From the NCBI GenBank assembly GCA_963674595.2, contig CAXXFV010000015.1, positions 32,001 through 96,000 on the forward strand: a stretch of DNA of 64,000 nucleotides, written 5' to 3'. Both the position numbers and the translations under genes were made by a program. How positions within the stretch are numbered: the first letter of the stretch is position 1; the number at the start of each line of letters is the position of its first letter. Under the pieces are notes generated by a model. It had not been told where the DNA came from. It ran no database searches and saw only the letters and a program-made list of their open reading frames with translations. The stretch comes from a bacterium. Lineage in GTDB: Bacteria > Zhuqueibacterota > Zhuqueibacteria > Residuimicrobiales > Krinioviventaceae. Below, one piece after another: positions 50,350 to 60,774 of the stretch.

Positions 50350-52275
50350 ATGGCCAATAAATATAAAATTCTAGTTGTTGAAGATGAAACAATCGTATCC
50401 ATGGAAATTCAGGATCGATTGAAAGAAATGAACTATCTTGTTTGCGGTGCTGCTTCATCCGGAGAGGAAGCTATACGCAAAAGTGCTGAATCGGAACCTG
50501 ATCTTGTCCTGATGGATATCATGTTAAAAGGAAAAATGGACGGTATTGAGGCGGCTGATGTAGTAATTAAAGAACATGGTATACCGGTAATATTTTTAAC
50601 AGCTCATTCAGATGAAGCAACTTTACAACGTGCAAAATTAACCGCCCCGTTTGGTTATTTATTAAAACCATTTAATGATCGTGCATTACATACGACTATT
50701 GAAATGGCTTTATACCGGCACGAGATGGAGAAAAAAGTACGAGACAGTGAAAAATGGCTCAGTACCACCCTGACAAGCCTGAACGAAGGTGTCATTACTA
50801 CGGATAAAAGCGGCAAAATAAAATTTATAAATCCGATAGCTGAAAAAATGACCGGGTGGTCTGCTACAGACGCTGTTTCTTTAAAGGTTTCAGAGGTTTT
50901 CAAGATTTTTTCTGAAAAAGACCATGAAAAACTGGATTGCCCTGTACACTCTATTCTTAATGATTCTCAAAATAACAAAAGTAACTATTCATCTTTATTG
51001 ACCAACAAAAACGGCAAAGAATTTTTAATTGATCATTTTGAATCATTGATAAAAAACCATAAAGATAAAACGATTGGTGCTATTCTTGTTTTTAGAGATA
51101 TTTCTGAACGAAGGCGTTTGGAAGACCAGTTTCATCAGGCCCAAAAGATGGAAAGTATTGGGCTGCTGGCAGGTGGTGTTGCCCATGATTTTAATAATAT
51201 TTTGAGCGCTATACTCGGCTATGCTTCTTTTATGAAGATGAAAATGAACGAGGATCATCCGTTTTTTAATTATGTGGATACAATTGAAAAAAGTGCCATT
51301 CGTGGTGCGGATTTAACAGCACAATTGTTGTCTTTTGCCCGTAAGGGGCAGTTAAACATTAAATCTCTTGATCTTAATGCGGTTGTTTCAGAGGCATTAA
51401 AAGTTGTCAAGAGCACTTTTGATCGGTCCATCGAGATAGAAACAACTTTTTTCCCTGCATTACCGACTATAGATATCGATGAGATAAAAATGCAGCAAAT
51501 TTTAATGAATTTGTTCGTTAACGCGCGCGATGCTATGCCAAAGGGGGGAAAATTAACAATTGAAACAAATATTGCACGTTTTACGGGAAAACGAAATGAT
51601 TTGACACTGGACCTTGAACCCGGCGTGTATGCTGTGCTTTCCGTCGCTGATACAGGAACAGGTATTGACGAAAAAATATTAAAAAGTATTTTTGAGCCGT
51701 TCTTTACTACCAAGGAAAAAGGAAAAGGCACAGGACTTGGATTATCTATGGTATATGGCGTTGTTAAAAATTTAAAAGGAGATATCCAGGTTGACAGTAA
51801 AATAGGAAAAGGAACTCGTTTTAATATTTATCTGCCTATTAGTGGAAAACCGGAACAAAAAGATCATCTGGAATTGGATGCACCACTGGGAAAAGGCGAA
51901 ACTATCCTTGTTGTTGATGACGAAGAAACGATACGAGATTTTGTTGATCTTTCTTTTAAGAAAAACGGATATAAAGTTATTTTAGCAGAAAATGGTTTGG
52001 AAGGGGTCAAGGTATTTAAAAAGAACAAGGATAATATTGACCTGGTGATTCTTGACCTGGTTATGCCGAAAATGGGCGGATTTGAGGCCTATGAAGAGAT
52101 GCGTAAAATTTCACCCAAAACGAAATTTATTTATACGACAGGCTATACGGAAGATATCAAGATGAAGGAAATTACAAAAAGCGGTATAGATGGATTTTTA
52201 CGAAAGCCTTGTCAGATAAAGGAACTGTTGTCGGAAACCCGACGTGTTTTAGATATGAAAAAACCTGAGAAATAA
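50350..52275 (+). CDS. Hybrid kinase REC-PAS-HisKA-HATPase-REC (CckA/NtrB-type transmitter)
   Basis: QAQKMESIGLLAGGVAHDFNN, NLFVNARDAM, FEPFFTTK..GKGTGLGL and two intact receiver domains. Confidence 0.94.
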   Translation: MANKYKILVVEDETIVSMEIQDRLKEMNYLVCGAASSGEEAIRKSAESEPDLVLMDIMLKGKMDGIEAADVVIKEHGIPVIFLTAHSDEATLQRAKLTAPFGYLLKPFNDRALHTTIEMALYRHEMEKKVRDSEKWLSTTLTSLNEGVITTDKSGKIKFINPIAEKMTGWSATDAVSLKVSEVFKIFSEKDHEKLDCPVHSILNDSQNNKSNYSSLLTNKNGKEFLIDHFESLIKNHKDKTIGAILVFRDISERRRLEDQFHQAQKMESIGLLAGGVAHDFNNILSAILGYASFMKMKMNEDHPFFNYVDTIEKSAIRGADLTAQLLSFARKGQLNIKSLDLNAVVSEALKVVKSTFDRSIEIETTFFPALPTIDIDEIKMQQILMNLFVNARDAMPKGGKLTIETNIARFTGKRNDLTLDLEPGVYAVLSVADTGTGIDEKILKSIFEPFFTTKEKGKGTGLGLSMVYGVVKNLKGDIQVDSKIGKGTRFNIYLPISGKPEQKDHLELDAPLGKGETILVVDDEETIRDFVDLSFKKNGYKVILAENGLEGVKVFKKNKDNIDLVILDLVMPKMGGFEAYEEMRKISPKTKFIYTTGYTEDIKMKEITKSGIDGFLRKPCQIKELLSETRRVLDMKKPEK

Positions 52276-52289
52276 TCCTCAGGTTTTTT
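52258..52289. terminator. Bidirectional intrinsic terminator between the last kinase and ssrA
   Basis: AAAAAACCTGAG-AAATAATC-CTCAGGTTTTTT. Confidence 0.85.
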
Positions 52290-52295
52290 TGTTAG

Positions 52296-52655
52296 TGGAG
52301 ACGGTGGGAGTCGAACCCACGTCCGAAAAACCGGTTGTAGCAGCGTCTACATGTTTAGTCCTCTGCTTAAATCTCGATCACTCCTGCTGCAGTAGACCCG
52401 GCCAGAATGATCCAACCTTGTAAAGTTTCATTCACATTGCCAAGGTATCAATGTAAACTATTTCACAGTAATCGGCGTCCTTTTCTCATCCCTGCGAACA
52501 CAAATCAGAAAGGACGTAGCAAGCTTATTAAGCTGCTAATGCATACGCATAATTGTCTGCGTTTAATTTTTGTCCCAGTTGTTTAACGAGGAGACCAGGA
52601 ACCTCGACATGCAACCACTACGGCCACGAATCCCGTCGAAACCAAATTCGTCCCC
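52296..52655 (-). ncRNA. ssrA: tmRNA; tag peptide (A)ADNYAYALAA
   Basis: 5' end GGGGACG...TTCGAC; 3' T-arm GTGGG-TTCGACT-CCCAC followed by CGTCTCCA; G3-U alanine identity pair; tag reading frame 52560-52531 followed by TAA TAA. Confidence 0.95.
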
Positions 52656-52664
52656 GTACACCTT

Positions 52665-52694
52665 AAGATATTAATTTCCTGCACCAAAAGTCAA
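52665..52694 (-). promoter_or_regulatory. Putative sigma70 promoter of ssrA
   Basis: TTGACT-N18-TATCTT, 9 nt before the tmRNA 5' end. Confidence 0.55.
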
Positions 52695-52733
52695 GAGTTT
52701 TGTTTGTTGGTGTATTAATGTACACGTAAATTG

Positions 52734-53669
52734 CTATTTGATGTTTAAAAGCAATTTAATTTCGGGATTGCTTAAATCCTCTTTCATAACAACCTTAACG
52801 CCTGTATCAATCCTTTTTTCAACGGGTTCGCCTTTAAGGGCCGCTACGGCTGCTTTTACACCTTCATATCCCATTTTAAACGGATTTTGTACGACAAGTG
52901 CGTGGATAGTTCCATCCTCAAGTGCCTGTATTTCATTGGGAGCTGCGTCAAAAGCCACCAGTTTAACTTTTCCTTTCAAGCCTCGGCCAATTAATGCCTG
53001 AGCACATCCGATAGCACCGGCTTCATTTGCGGCAAAAATACCTTTCAGATTTGGATGGGCTGTTAGAATATTTTCGGTTACAGCCATTCCGGTTGCAACA
53101 TCACTTTGAGAATATTGGACCGCAACCAGATTGAGTCCCGGGTGGTTTTCCAAACCTTTTTTAAAGCCATCTTCGCGCATAATAGATGTTGCTGCTCCGG
53201 GAACAAAAGGTATACAGGCCACCTCTCCTTCAGAACCTAACAATTCGGCAAGAACATCTGCTGCTTTGGCTGCTGCTGCCATGTTGTCTGTTGCAACAAA
53301 GGAAACAGGAATATCAGAATTTACACCGGAATCTATGGTGATGACCGGAATGCCGGCAGCCTGGGCTTTTTTTATTGTTGAGACCAACCCCGTGGCGTCG
53401 CAGGCGGCCAAAACTATGGCATCCACTTTTTTATTTATATAGTCTTCGATGATGGATATTTGTCCGGCTATATCTGTTTCAAGTGACGGACCTTTCCAAA
53501 TAATGTCCACGCCATTCTCACTCCCGGCTTTTTCAGCGCCGGCTTTTACCGATAACCAAAAATTATGAACCAATCCTTTTGGTGAAACCAGAATTTGAAG
53601 ATTGTCGGATTTGGGTTTTGCACAGAACAAAAAACAGGTGCTTAGTAATAAAAGTACAAGTTTTTTCAT
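52734..53669 (-). CDS. Sugar ABC transporter substrate-binding lipoprotein (RbsB-like)
   Basis: Lipobox-like FLFC; FWLSVKAGA, IPVITIDS, VATDN, R..GF, FAANE, FD and VQNPFKMGY motifs. Confidence 0.9.
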   Translation of the reverse strand: MKKLVLLLLSTCFLFCAKPKSDNLQILVSPKGLVHNFWLSVKAGAEKAGSENGVDIIWKGPSLETDIAGQISIIEDYINKKVDAIVLAACDATGLVSTIKKAQAAGIPVITIDSGVNSDIPVSFVATDNMAAAAKAADVLAELLGSEGEVACIPFVPGAATSIMREDGFKKGLENHPGLNLVAVQYSQSDVATGMAVTENILTAHPNLKGIFAANEAGAIGCAQALIGRGLKGKVKLVAFDAAPNEIQALEDGTIHALVVQNPFKMGYEGVKAAVAALKGEPVEKRIDTGVKVVMKEDLSNPEIKLLLNIK

Positions 53670-53704
53670 GGCTGGTTCCTTTTTGTTAAAATAAGAATTT
53701 TTTC

Positions 53705-53733
53705 AAGGTAGTAGATTTTTTAATTTTTGTCAA
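53705..53733 (-). promoter_or_regulatory. Putative sigma70 promoter of the sugar-binding protein gene
   Basis: TTGACA-N17-TACCTT on the minus strand. Confidence 0.55.
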
Positions 53734-53927
53734 ATTATTTGTTGGAAATTACTTGAAGAGAATAAAAATTTTGCATCTATGCATGGATTTTTTTATAATA
53801 GGTTATATGAATGATGGTAAAATTAGGATTTATGTTTAAAAAATAACTTTGGATTTCACAATAAATAATATAATATTATACGCTTTGAATTTTGTACATA
53901 ATTATTAAACCTAATCACGAGGGATTT

Positions 53928-55742
53928 ATGGCAAATGTCGAAAAAATTAAAATGAATGAACCAGTAAAAAGATTACGAGGTTCTCTCCCCAAAATTGGTA
54001 TCCGGCCTGTTATTGACGGGCGCCGTAAAGGTGTGCGTGAGTCTATAGAAGATCAAACTATGAACATGGCAAAATCTGCGGCTGCTTTTTTAACAGAAAA
54101 TCTATGTCACCCAAATGGTTTGCCGGTAGAATGTGTTATATCCGATACCTGCATTGGCGGTGTAGCCGAAGCTGCTGATTGTGCTGAAAAGTTTTCCCGC
54201 GAAGGCGTTGGTGTCTCTCTCACGGTAACGCCATGCTGGTGTTATGGGACCGAGGTTATGGATACGGACCCGTTAATCCCGAAAGCGATTTGGGGATTTA
54301 ATGGTACGGAAAGACCGGGCGCTGTGTATCTGGCTGCTGCGGCTGCCGGTTATGATCAAAAAGGATTACCGGTTTTTAAGATTTATGGCAAGGACGTTCA
54401 GGATGCCGCCGATACAACGATTCCTGATGATGTGAAAGAAAAGCTCTTGCTGTTTGCAAAAGCAGGACTGGTTGTTGCCGAGATTAAAGGCAAGTCGTAC
54501 CTGGCTTTGGGCGGCGTGTCTATGGGTATTGCCGGTTCCATTGTTGATCAGGATTTTTTACAGGATTTTTTGGGAATGCGTACGGAAACGGTTGATATGG
54601 TTGAATTTGTCCGCCGCATAAACGAAGAGATTTATGATAAAGACGAGTATGAATTGGCAATGCAGTGGGTTAAAGAAAATTGTCAAGAGGGCAAAGATCT
54701 GAACTCTGCTGATATGCAGTTGTCACGCGAGAAAAAAGATGCCGACTGGGAAACCGTTGTAAAAATGACATTAATTGCCCGTGATTTGATGATCGGAAAT
54801 CCGCGTTTGGATGAGATAGGTTTTGGCGAGGAAGCCTTGGGGCATAATGCCATTGTCTCCGGTTTTCAGGGACAACGTCAGTGGACAGATCATTTGCCGA
54901 ATGGTGATTTTTTAGAAGCAGTTTTGAATTCCTCATTTGACTGGAACGGAATTCGTGAAGCCTTTGTCGTTGCAACGGAAAATGATTGTCTTAACGGCAT
55001 CGCCATGCTGTTCGGACATTTGTTGACGGATACGGCCCAGATTTTTTCTGATGTCAGGACCTTTTGGAGCCCTGAAGCTGTAAAACGTGTTACAGGCAAA
55101 GAGTTGACCGGTATGGCAAAAAGCGGTATTATTCACCTTATTAATTCCGGTTCAACAACACTGGATGCAACCGGGCAACAAAGTGAAAATGGTCAGGCTG
55201 TTATGAAACCGTTTTGGAACATTACACCGGAAGAAGCGGGAAAATGTCTGGATGCGACAAAATGGTGCCCGGCAAGTCTGGGATATTTTCGTGGAGGCGG
55301 TTATTCTTCACAATTTATTACCGACGCAGAAATGCCGGTGACCATGTCACGTGTTAATCTGATAAAAGGTTTGGGCCCGGTTTTGCAAATTGCAGAAGGT
55401 TATACTATAAAATTGCCCAAAGACATTCATACGGTTTTGGACAAACGTACGGACCCGACCTGGCCGACCACATGGTTTGTGCCTAATTTGAACGACATTG
55501 CCGCGTTTAGCGATGTCTATTCTGTTATGAACAATTGGGGCGCAAATCATGGCGCCATCAGTTATGGTCATATTGGAGACAAACTGATTACACTGGCGGC
55601 TATGCTGCGAATTCCGGTCAGTATGCACAATGTTGCAGATGAACGAATTTTCCGTCCAAGTGCATGGACTGCTTTTGGCGCTATGGATATGCAGGGAGCT
55701 GATTACAGGGCCTGTGAGAATTTTGGTCCTCTTTATCGTTAG
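53928..55742 (+). CDS. fucI: L-fucose (D-arabinose) isomerase
   Basis: [44 protein letters not shown] and WGANH motifs. Confidence 0.96.
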   Translation: MANVEKIKMNEPVKRLRGSLPKIGIRPVIDGRRKGVRESIEDQTMNMAKSAAAFLTENLCHPNGLPVECVISDTCIGGVAEAADCAEKFSREGVGVSLTVTPCWCYGTEVMDTDPLIPKAIWGFNGTERPGAVYLAAAAAGYDQKGLPVFKIYGKDVQDAADTTIPDDVKEKLLLFAKAGLVVAEIKGKSYLALGGVSMGIAGSIVDQDFLQDFLGMRTETVDMVEFVRRINEEIYDKDEYELAMQWVKENCQEGKDLNSADMQLSREKKDADWETVVKMTLIARDLMIGNPRLDEIGFGEEALGHNAIVSGFQGQRQWTDHLPNGDFLEAVLNSSFDWNGIREAFVVATENDCLNGIAMLFGHLLTDTAQIFSDVRTFWSPEAVKRVTGKELTGMAKSGIIHLINSGSTTLDATGQQSENGQAVMKPFWNITPEEAGKCLDATKWCPASLGYFRGGGYSSQFITDAEMPVTMSRVNLIKGLGPVLQIAEGYTIKLPKDIHTVLDKRTDPTWPTTWFVPNLNDIAAFSDVYSVMNNWGANHGAISYGHIGDKLITLAAMLRIPVSMHNVADERIFRPSAWTAFGAMDMQGADYRACENFGPLYR

Positions 55743-55757
55743 TTATAGGAGTTATTT

Positions 55758-56942
55758 TTGAAAAAAATACGTGTTGGAGTTGTATTCGGCGGTAGATCGA
55801 CTGAACATGAAGTGTCATTGGTGTCAGCCGGGTCGGTAATGAAAGCCCTGGATCCATCGAAATATGATATTATTCCCATTGGAATCGGGAAAACAGGCCA
55901 ATGGATTACCGGGCATAAGGCATTAAAGATGTTGCAGGAAAATTTGAGTGATAAAGAGAACCGGGTTTGTTTACTGCCGGACCCAACCGTTCAGCATTTG
56001 GTACGTATGGAATCCTTGCCGGAACTTTCAGGCTCTGATCAATTTACAGCAAGTCTGGATGTAATTTTCCCGGTATTACATGGAACTTATGGTGAGGATG
56101 GTATTATTCAGGGTGTTTTTGAATGTGCCGGTTTACCCTATGTCGGCGCCGGAGTTTTAGGCTCTGCTGTCAGTATGGACAAGATTATCCAAAAACTGGT
56201 GTGCAAACAACTTGGCATTCCGGTTCCCAAATTTTTATGGTTTAAAAGTATAGACTGGTCAAACCCTTCTCTTATCTCTTCCGGTTTTGAGCTGGAATAT
56301 CAATTGGCAAATAAAACCAAAATTCAGATAATGGATGAAATTGAAGAGAAAATCGGGTATCCGTTGTTTATTAAACCACCGAATCTCGGTTCCAGCGTTG
56401 GTATTTCCAAGGCCCATAACCGTAAAGAACTTGAACAAGGTATTGATCTGGCCATTCAATATGACAGAAAAGTGTTGATTGAAGATGCCGTGGATAACGT
56501 CCGTGAAATAGAAGTGAGTGTTTTGGGAAATGACAAACCCCGTGCATCTGTTGTTGGGGAAATTTTCCCTTCAAACGAATTTTATGATTATGATGCAAAA
56601 TATATAGATGGAATGAGCGGTTTAAAAATACCGGCGGATTTACCTGAAACGTTGGCCGCTGAAATTCGTCAAACAGCAATTAAAAGTGTACTGGCTGTTG
56701 AAGCGGAAGGTATGGCCAGAGTTGATTTTCTGTTAAACGGTAAAACCAATGAATTTTTTCTTAATGAAGTGAATACGTTGCCCGGTTTTACGAGCATCAG
56801 TATGTACCCGAAATTATGGGAAGCATCCGGAATATCCTATTCCCAATTGTGCGATGAATTGATTAAACTGGCTATTGACCGGTATGAACAACGCCGTAAA
56901 TTGGCCACAACATATCAACCAAAAAATGACTGGTATCGATAA
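55758..56942 (+). CDS. ddl: D-alanine--D-alanine ligase
   Basis: FGGRSTEHEVS, LHGTYGEDG, GSSVGI, FYDYDAKY and NEVNTLPGFT motifs; AGGAG RBS with TTG start. Confidence 0.95.
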   Translation: MKKIRVGVVFGGRSTEHEVSLVSAGSVMKALDPSKYDIIPIGIGKTGQWITGHKALKMLQENLSDKENRVCLLPDPTVQHLVRMESLPELSGSDQFTASLDVIFPVLHGTYGEDGIIQGVFECAGLPYVGAGVLGSAVSMDKIIQKLVCKQLGIPVPKFLWFKSIDWSNPSLISSGFELEYQLANKTKIQIMDEIEEKIGYPLFIKPPNLGSSVGISKAHNRKELEQGIDLAIQYDRKVLIEDAVDNVREIEVSVLGNDKPRASVVGEIFPSNEFYDYDAKYIDGMSGLKIPADLPETLAAEIRQTAIKSVLAVEAEGMARVDFLLNGKTNEFFLNEVNTLPGFTSISMYPKLWEASGISYSQLCDELIKLAIDRYEQRRKLATTYQPKNDWYR

Positions 56943-57740
56943 GTGAAAAGTAAAATTGAGTTTTGGAAAATATCTGCAACCGGAAATGATTTTATTGTTA
57001 TTGATAATCGTGATGGTTTGTTGAATGCTGAAACTGATAAAAATTTTATTCGGACAATTTGTGAGCGCCGAACATCGATCGGTGCCGATGGCGTTATTTT
57101 ACTTGAAAACAGCGAACAGGCGGATTACAGGTATGTTCATATAAACGCTGACGGCAGTATTGCAGAAATGTGCGGGAACGGATCGCGGGCTATTGCTTAC
57201 TTTGCGGTTGAAAATAAAATATCGGGTAATACGGCCGATTTTGAAATCAATAATAAAATGTATAAAGTAAATGTCCGGGAAAAGTTTGTCCAGACGGATT
57301 TTTCCCCGCCGGATTCTCCTCAATTCAACTTGAATATTGTTGAGGACAGTGAACTTGAAGAAGGCGGATTTATTGATACCGGTGTGCCTCATTTTGTCCT
57401 TTTTGTTAAGGATGTATCAACTGTCAACGTTGCTGAACTGGGCAAAAAATATCGACACCACTCTTTTTTTGAAAAGGGAAGTAATGTCAATTTTGTAGAG
57501 ATTGTTGATCAGGACATCATTAAGATGAGGACCTTTGAAAGAGGTGTGGAAGGTGAAACCCTGGCCTGTGGGACGGGTGCTGTGGCATCTGCAATTATCA
57601 GTCATTTAAAAAAAGCGACAAGCTCACCCACAAAAGTTCATTTTCCCGGAGGTGAACTTTTCATTCGGTTTGATGCGGGACTGAAAAACGTTTCACTTGC
57701 CGGACCAGTATCCCCAATCTATAAAGGAATATTATTATAA
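56943..57740 (+). CDS. dapF: Diaminopimelate epimerase
   Basis: GNDF, NADGS.AEMCGNG, GVPH and ERGVEGETLACGTG motifs; both catalytic Cys present. Confidence 0.94.
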   Translation: MKSKIEFWKISATGNDFIVIDNRDGLLNAETDKNFIRTICERRTSIGADGVILLENSEQADYRYVHINADGSIAEMCGNGSRAIAYFAVENKISGNTADFEINNKMYKVNVREKFVQTDFSPPDSPQFNLNIVEDSELEEGGFIDTGVPHFVLFVKDVSTVNVAELGKKYRHHSFFEKGSNVNFVEIVDQDIIKMRTFERGVEGETLACGTGAVASAIISHLKKATSSPTKVHFPGGELFIRFDAGLKNVSLAGPVSPIYKGILL

Positions 57741-57817
57741 ATCGGGACCGATATACATGTCAATCTCAATTCTTTCCCCTTATACTGAACTAATCGTTTC
57801 ATGGCAAAGGAATTAGG

Positions 57818-59992
57818 ATGAATAAGACATTAAGGTTAAAATTTTTAACCGGTATTCTGCTGGCTGTTGCTGCTGTTGTTATGGTTGTGATTTTTACAAT
57901 GTTATTGCTCCCGGACCTGTTTCAGGTTTTTGAAGCCAAAACTTTGGATTGGCGTTATGTTGAGCGTCTGGAAAAATTATATTCAGACAGGCAGGGCGCT
58001 CAAATCGAGGATATCATTATTATCGATATTGATAATCGGAGCCTTGATAAACTTGGGCCTTTTCAGCAATGGCCGCGTTCTTACCATGCTCAAATTGTCG
58101 ATTTTATATCTTCCGGCGGGGCCTTGGCCGTTGGTTTTGATGTTCTTTTTATGGAACCGGACAAAAAATCTGAAATTGATGAGGATTTTGTTCGTGCAAC
58201 ATCGAATGCGAGTATTGTTTATCATGCTATGGCCTTTTCATCAGCCAATCCGGATGCGTTTTTATATCCAATGACCGAACCGCCTGAAGGTTTTAAAGTT
58301 GAAAAGTTTACACTGAACCATCCGCAATTAAACCAAAATTTTAATACTGTTGACCGAATGGACGGCAAAATTGTAGATTTATATAATGCATCGGCCGGTA
58401 TCGGGTTTGCTAATTTTTCGCCTGACAATGACAGTGTTATTCGAACCATGCCGTTATTTTTAAATTTTGCCGACAGGCAGTACATGTCTCTATCATTGGC
58501 TATGGTTTTGGGGATTTTGGGTGTTAATCCTCAGGATGTTGAGATAATTCCGGGAGATAAAATAAATATTTACTCTCCGGACAATCAAAATGAAGCGTTG
58601 GTCCAAATTCCAATAGATGAAAACGGACGAATGCTGATCAATTATCAGGGTACGTTTCAAACATTTCGATATATTTCCTATTATGATGTTTTGATGCAGC
58701 GGGTTCCGGCCGAGTTTTTTGAAAACCGGATTGTTCTTGTAGGAACATCCGCCGCCGGTTTATCGGACATTCGTCCTGTACCTTTTCAGGATGTTTTCCC
58801 CGGAGTGGAAATTCACGCAAACATTATTTATAATATGCTGATGCAGGAATATGTCCGTCGTCAAAATCAGACTTTTCTGTTCATTAATTTGATATTATTG
58901 GCGCTGGCAACAGCCTTGGTAGCTATTGTTTTAAAACCCTGGTTAAGCGCTCTTTGTTCTATTTTAATTGCTGCCGGATATTCTTTCAGTACCGCCTGGA
59001 TTTTTGCTCATGATGCCTATTGGCTTGAGATGGTTCGTCCGGTTTTAACGGTATTTTTTGCTTATTTATTTGTATTCATTTACAGATATATAGATGAAGA
59101 AAAAAATAAACGTTATATAAAAAATATTTTTCAATATTATTCTTCTGCCACGGTTGTTAATGAAATATTAAAAAGACCTGAAATGTTAAAACTTGGGGGT
59201 GAGCGTCGAATAGCTACGGCCTTTTTTTCGGACATAAAAAGTTTTACAACTGTTTCGGAAATGCTGTCGCCGGAAGATTTGGTGGCGCAATTAAATGAAT
59301 ATTTGTCGGCCATGACCAAAGTTGTTTTAAAATACAACGGTTATTTGGACAAATATGAAGGTGACGCTATAATGGCCATCTTTGGTATTCCGGTGCACCA
59401 GGATGATCACGCGGAAAGAGCGTGTTTGGCGGCGTTGGAAATGCAGGAGATACTGGTTGAGTTGCGTAAAAAATGGGATCGTGAAAACAAACCTCAGTTT
59501 TATGTGCGAATCGGTATCAATTCCGGGCCGATGATTGCCGGAAATATCGGCGGTGATGAACGTGGTGATTATACCGTTATTGGTGATTCCGTAAATCTGG
59601 CGTCCCGACTGGAAGGCGCGAATAAATCATATTATACCGATATCATGATCAGTGAGTTTACCAGAGAGCTGCTGCCGGAAAAAATAATTGTACGGGAGCT
59701 CGACTATATTCGTGTAAAGGGTAAAACAAAACCTGTACAAATTTTTGAACTAATTGACAAAGACAGAAAAAGTCTTTCCACTCAGGAACTGGTCATGTTG
59801 GATGAGTTTGCCAAAGGGCTTGCCGCCTATCGTAAAAAAAACTGGGATAACGCGATGTCTTTTTTTCAAAAAGCACAATTGGGTGACAAAGAGGACGGGC
59901 CGTCCAAAGTGTTTGCAGAACGTTGTTCTTATTATAAAAACAATCCGGTTCCATTTGATTGGGAAGGTGTATTTGAAATGAAAACAAAGTGA
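57818..59992 (+). CDS. CHASE2-domain membrane class III adenylate cyclase with TPR-like tail
   Basis: WPRS..A and PGVEIHA CHASE2 motifs; 3 TM helices; FSDIKSFT, DKYEGDAIM and DYTVIGDSVNLASRLEG (the Lys/Asp pair indicates ATP specificity). Confidence 0.92.
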   Translation: MNKTLRLKFLTGILLAVAAVVMVVIFTMLLLPDLFQVFEAKTLDWRYVERLEKLYSDRQGAQIEDIIIIDIDNRSLDKLGPFQQWPRSYHAQIVDFISSGGALAVGFDVLFMEPDKKSEIDEDFVRATSNASIVYHAMAFSSANPDAFLYPMTEPPEGFKVEKFTLNHPQLNQNFNTVDRMDGKIVDLYNASAGIGFANFSPDNDSVIRTMPLFLNFADRQYMSLSLAMVLGILGVNPQDVEIIPGDKINIYSPDNQNEALVQIPIDENGRMLINYQGTFQTFRYISYYDVLMQRVPAEFFENRIVLVGTSAAGLSDIRPVPFQDVFPGVEIHANIIYNMLMQEYVRRQNQTFLFINLILLALATALVAIVLKPWLSALCSILIAAGYSFSTAWIFAHDAYWLEMVRPVLTVFFAYLFVFIYRYIDEEKNKRYIKNIFQYYSSATVVNEILKRPEMLKLGGERRIATAFFSDIKSFTTVSEMLSPEDLVAQLNEYLSAMTKVVLKYNGYLDKYEGDAIMAIFGIPVHQDDHAERACLAALEMQEILVELRKKWDRENKPQFYVRIGINSGPMIAGNIGGDERGDYTVIGDSVNLASRLEGANKSYYTDIMISEFTRELLPEKIIVRELDYIRVKGKTKPVQIFELIDKDRKSLSTQELVMLDEFAKGLAAYRKKNWDNAMSFFQKAQLGDKEDGPSKVFAERCSYYKNNPVPFDWEGVFEMKTK

Positions 59993-59993
59993 T

Positions 59994-60722
59994 ATGAAAG
60001 AAATTATATACGGAAAAAATCCGGTCTCTGAATGGCTGGAAGCGGGACTTGAAATATCCCGGATTTTTTTAATGAAGGGAAATATTCATAATTCTGTTGT
60101 GCCGTTTGTAAAAAAGGCCGAGCAGCAGAAAATTATGATTAAATATGTCAGTCGTCAGGAACTGGCGCGATTAGCCGGAACCGAAAATCATCAGCAAATT
60201 GCTGCTGAAGTGAATGTGCCTGATTATTGGCACTTGGATGGATTACTGGCAAAGCTGAAAGATGAAAAACAAGCACCATTATTAGCTTTATTGGATGGTG
60301 TTCAGGACCCCCATAATTTGGGAGCTATTTTAAGATCTGCCGATGGTGCCGGTGTGCAGGGAATTATCATTCCCAAAGACAAAGCTGTTGGCCTGAAACC
60401 TTCGGTTGTCAAAGCTTCTGCCGGGGCAGCCGCTTATGTACCTGTTGTACAGGTCGTCAACCTTTCCAGAACAATCGATGATCTGAAAAAAGAGGGTTTT
60501 TGGTTTTTCGGCACAGACCAGGACGCAGAAATGGATTATACAACTGCTGATTATAAAGGTAAAAGTGTGATTGTTCTCGGAAGTGAAGGGAAAGGCATGC
60601 GGCGAATCGTTCGGGAAAAGTGTGATTTTTTGGTCTCCATTCCCATGGCCGGAAAAGTAAATTCGTTGAATGTTTCTGTTTCTGCCGCTCTTTTGTTTTT
60701 TGAAGCAAAAAAACAACGTTAA
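59994..60722 (+). CDS. rlmB: 23S rRNA (Gm2251) 2'-O-methyltransferase
   Basis: IYGKNPV, LDGVQDPHNLGAILRSA, VLGSEGKG and SLNVSVS SPOUT motifs. Confidence 0.92.
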   Translation: MKEIIYGKNPVSEWLEAGLEISRIFLMKGNIHNSVVPFVKKAEQQKIMIKYVSRQELARLAGTENHQQIAAEVNVPDYWHLDGLLAKLKDEKQAPLLALLDGVQDPHNLGAILRSADGAGVQGIIIPKDKAVGLKPSVVKASAGAAAYVPVVQVVNLSRTIDDLKKEGFWFFGTDQDAEMDYTTADYKGKSVIVLGSEGKGMRRIVREKCDFLVSIPMAGKVNSLNVSVSAALLFFEAKKQR

Positions 60723-60774
60723 TTTAATTAGAGATGATAACTAGTTTGAAAATTTTGAACAGGATAATATAAAT

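Noticed and set aside
52296-52324. tRNA-like 3' half suggesting a tRNA fragment or att site
   Set aside because: It is the 3' tRNA-like domain of a complete tmRNA whose 5' end is at 52655.
55758-56942. Van-type D-Ala-D-Lac ligase
   Set aside because: The omega loop has the Tyr (DYDAKY) of D-Ala-D-Ala ligases, and there are no vanH or vanX neighbours.
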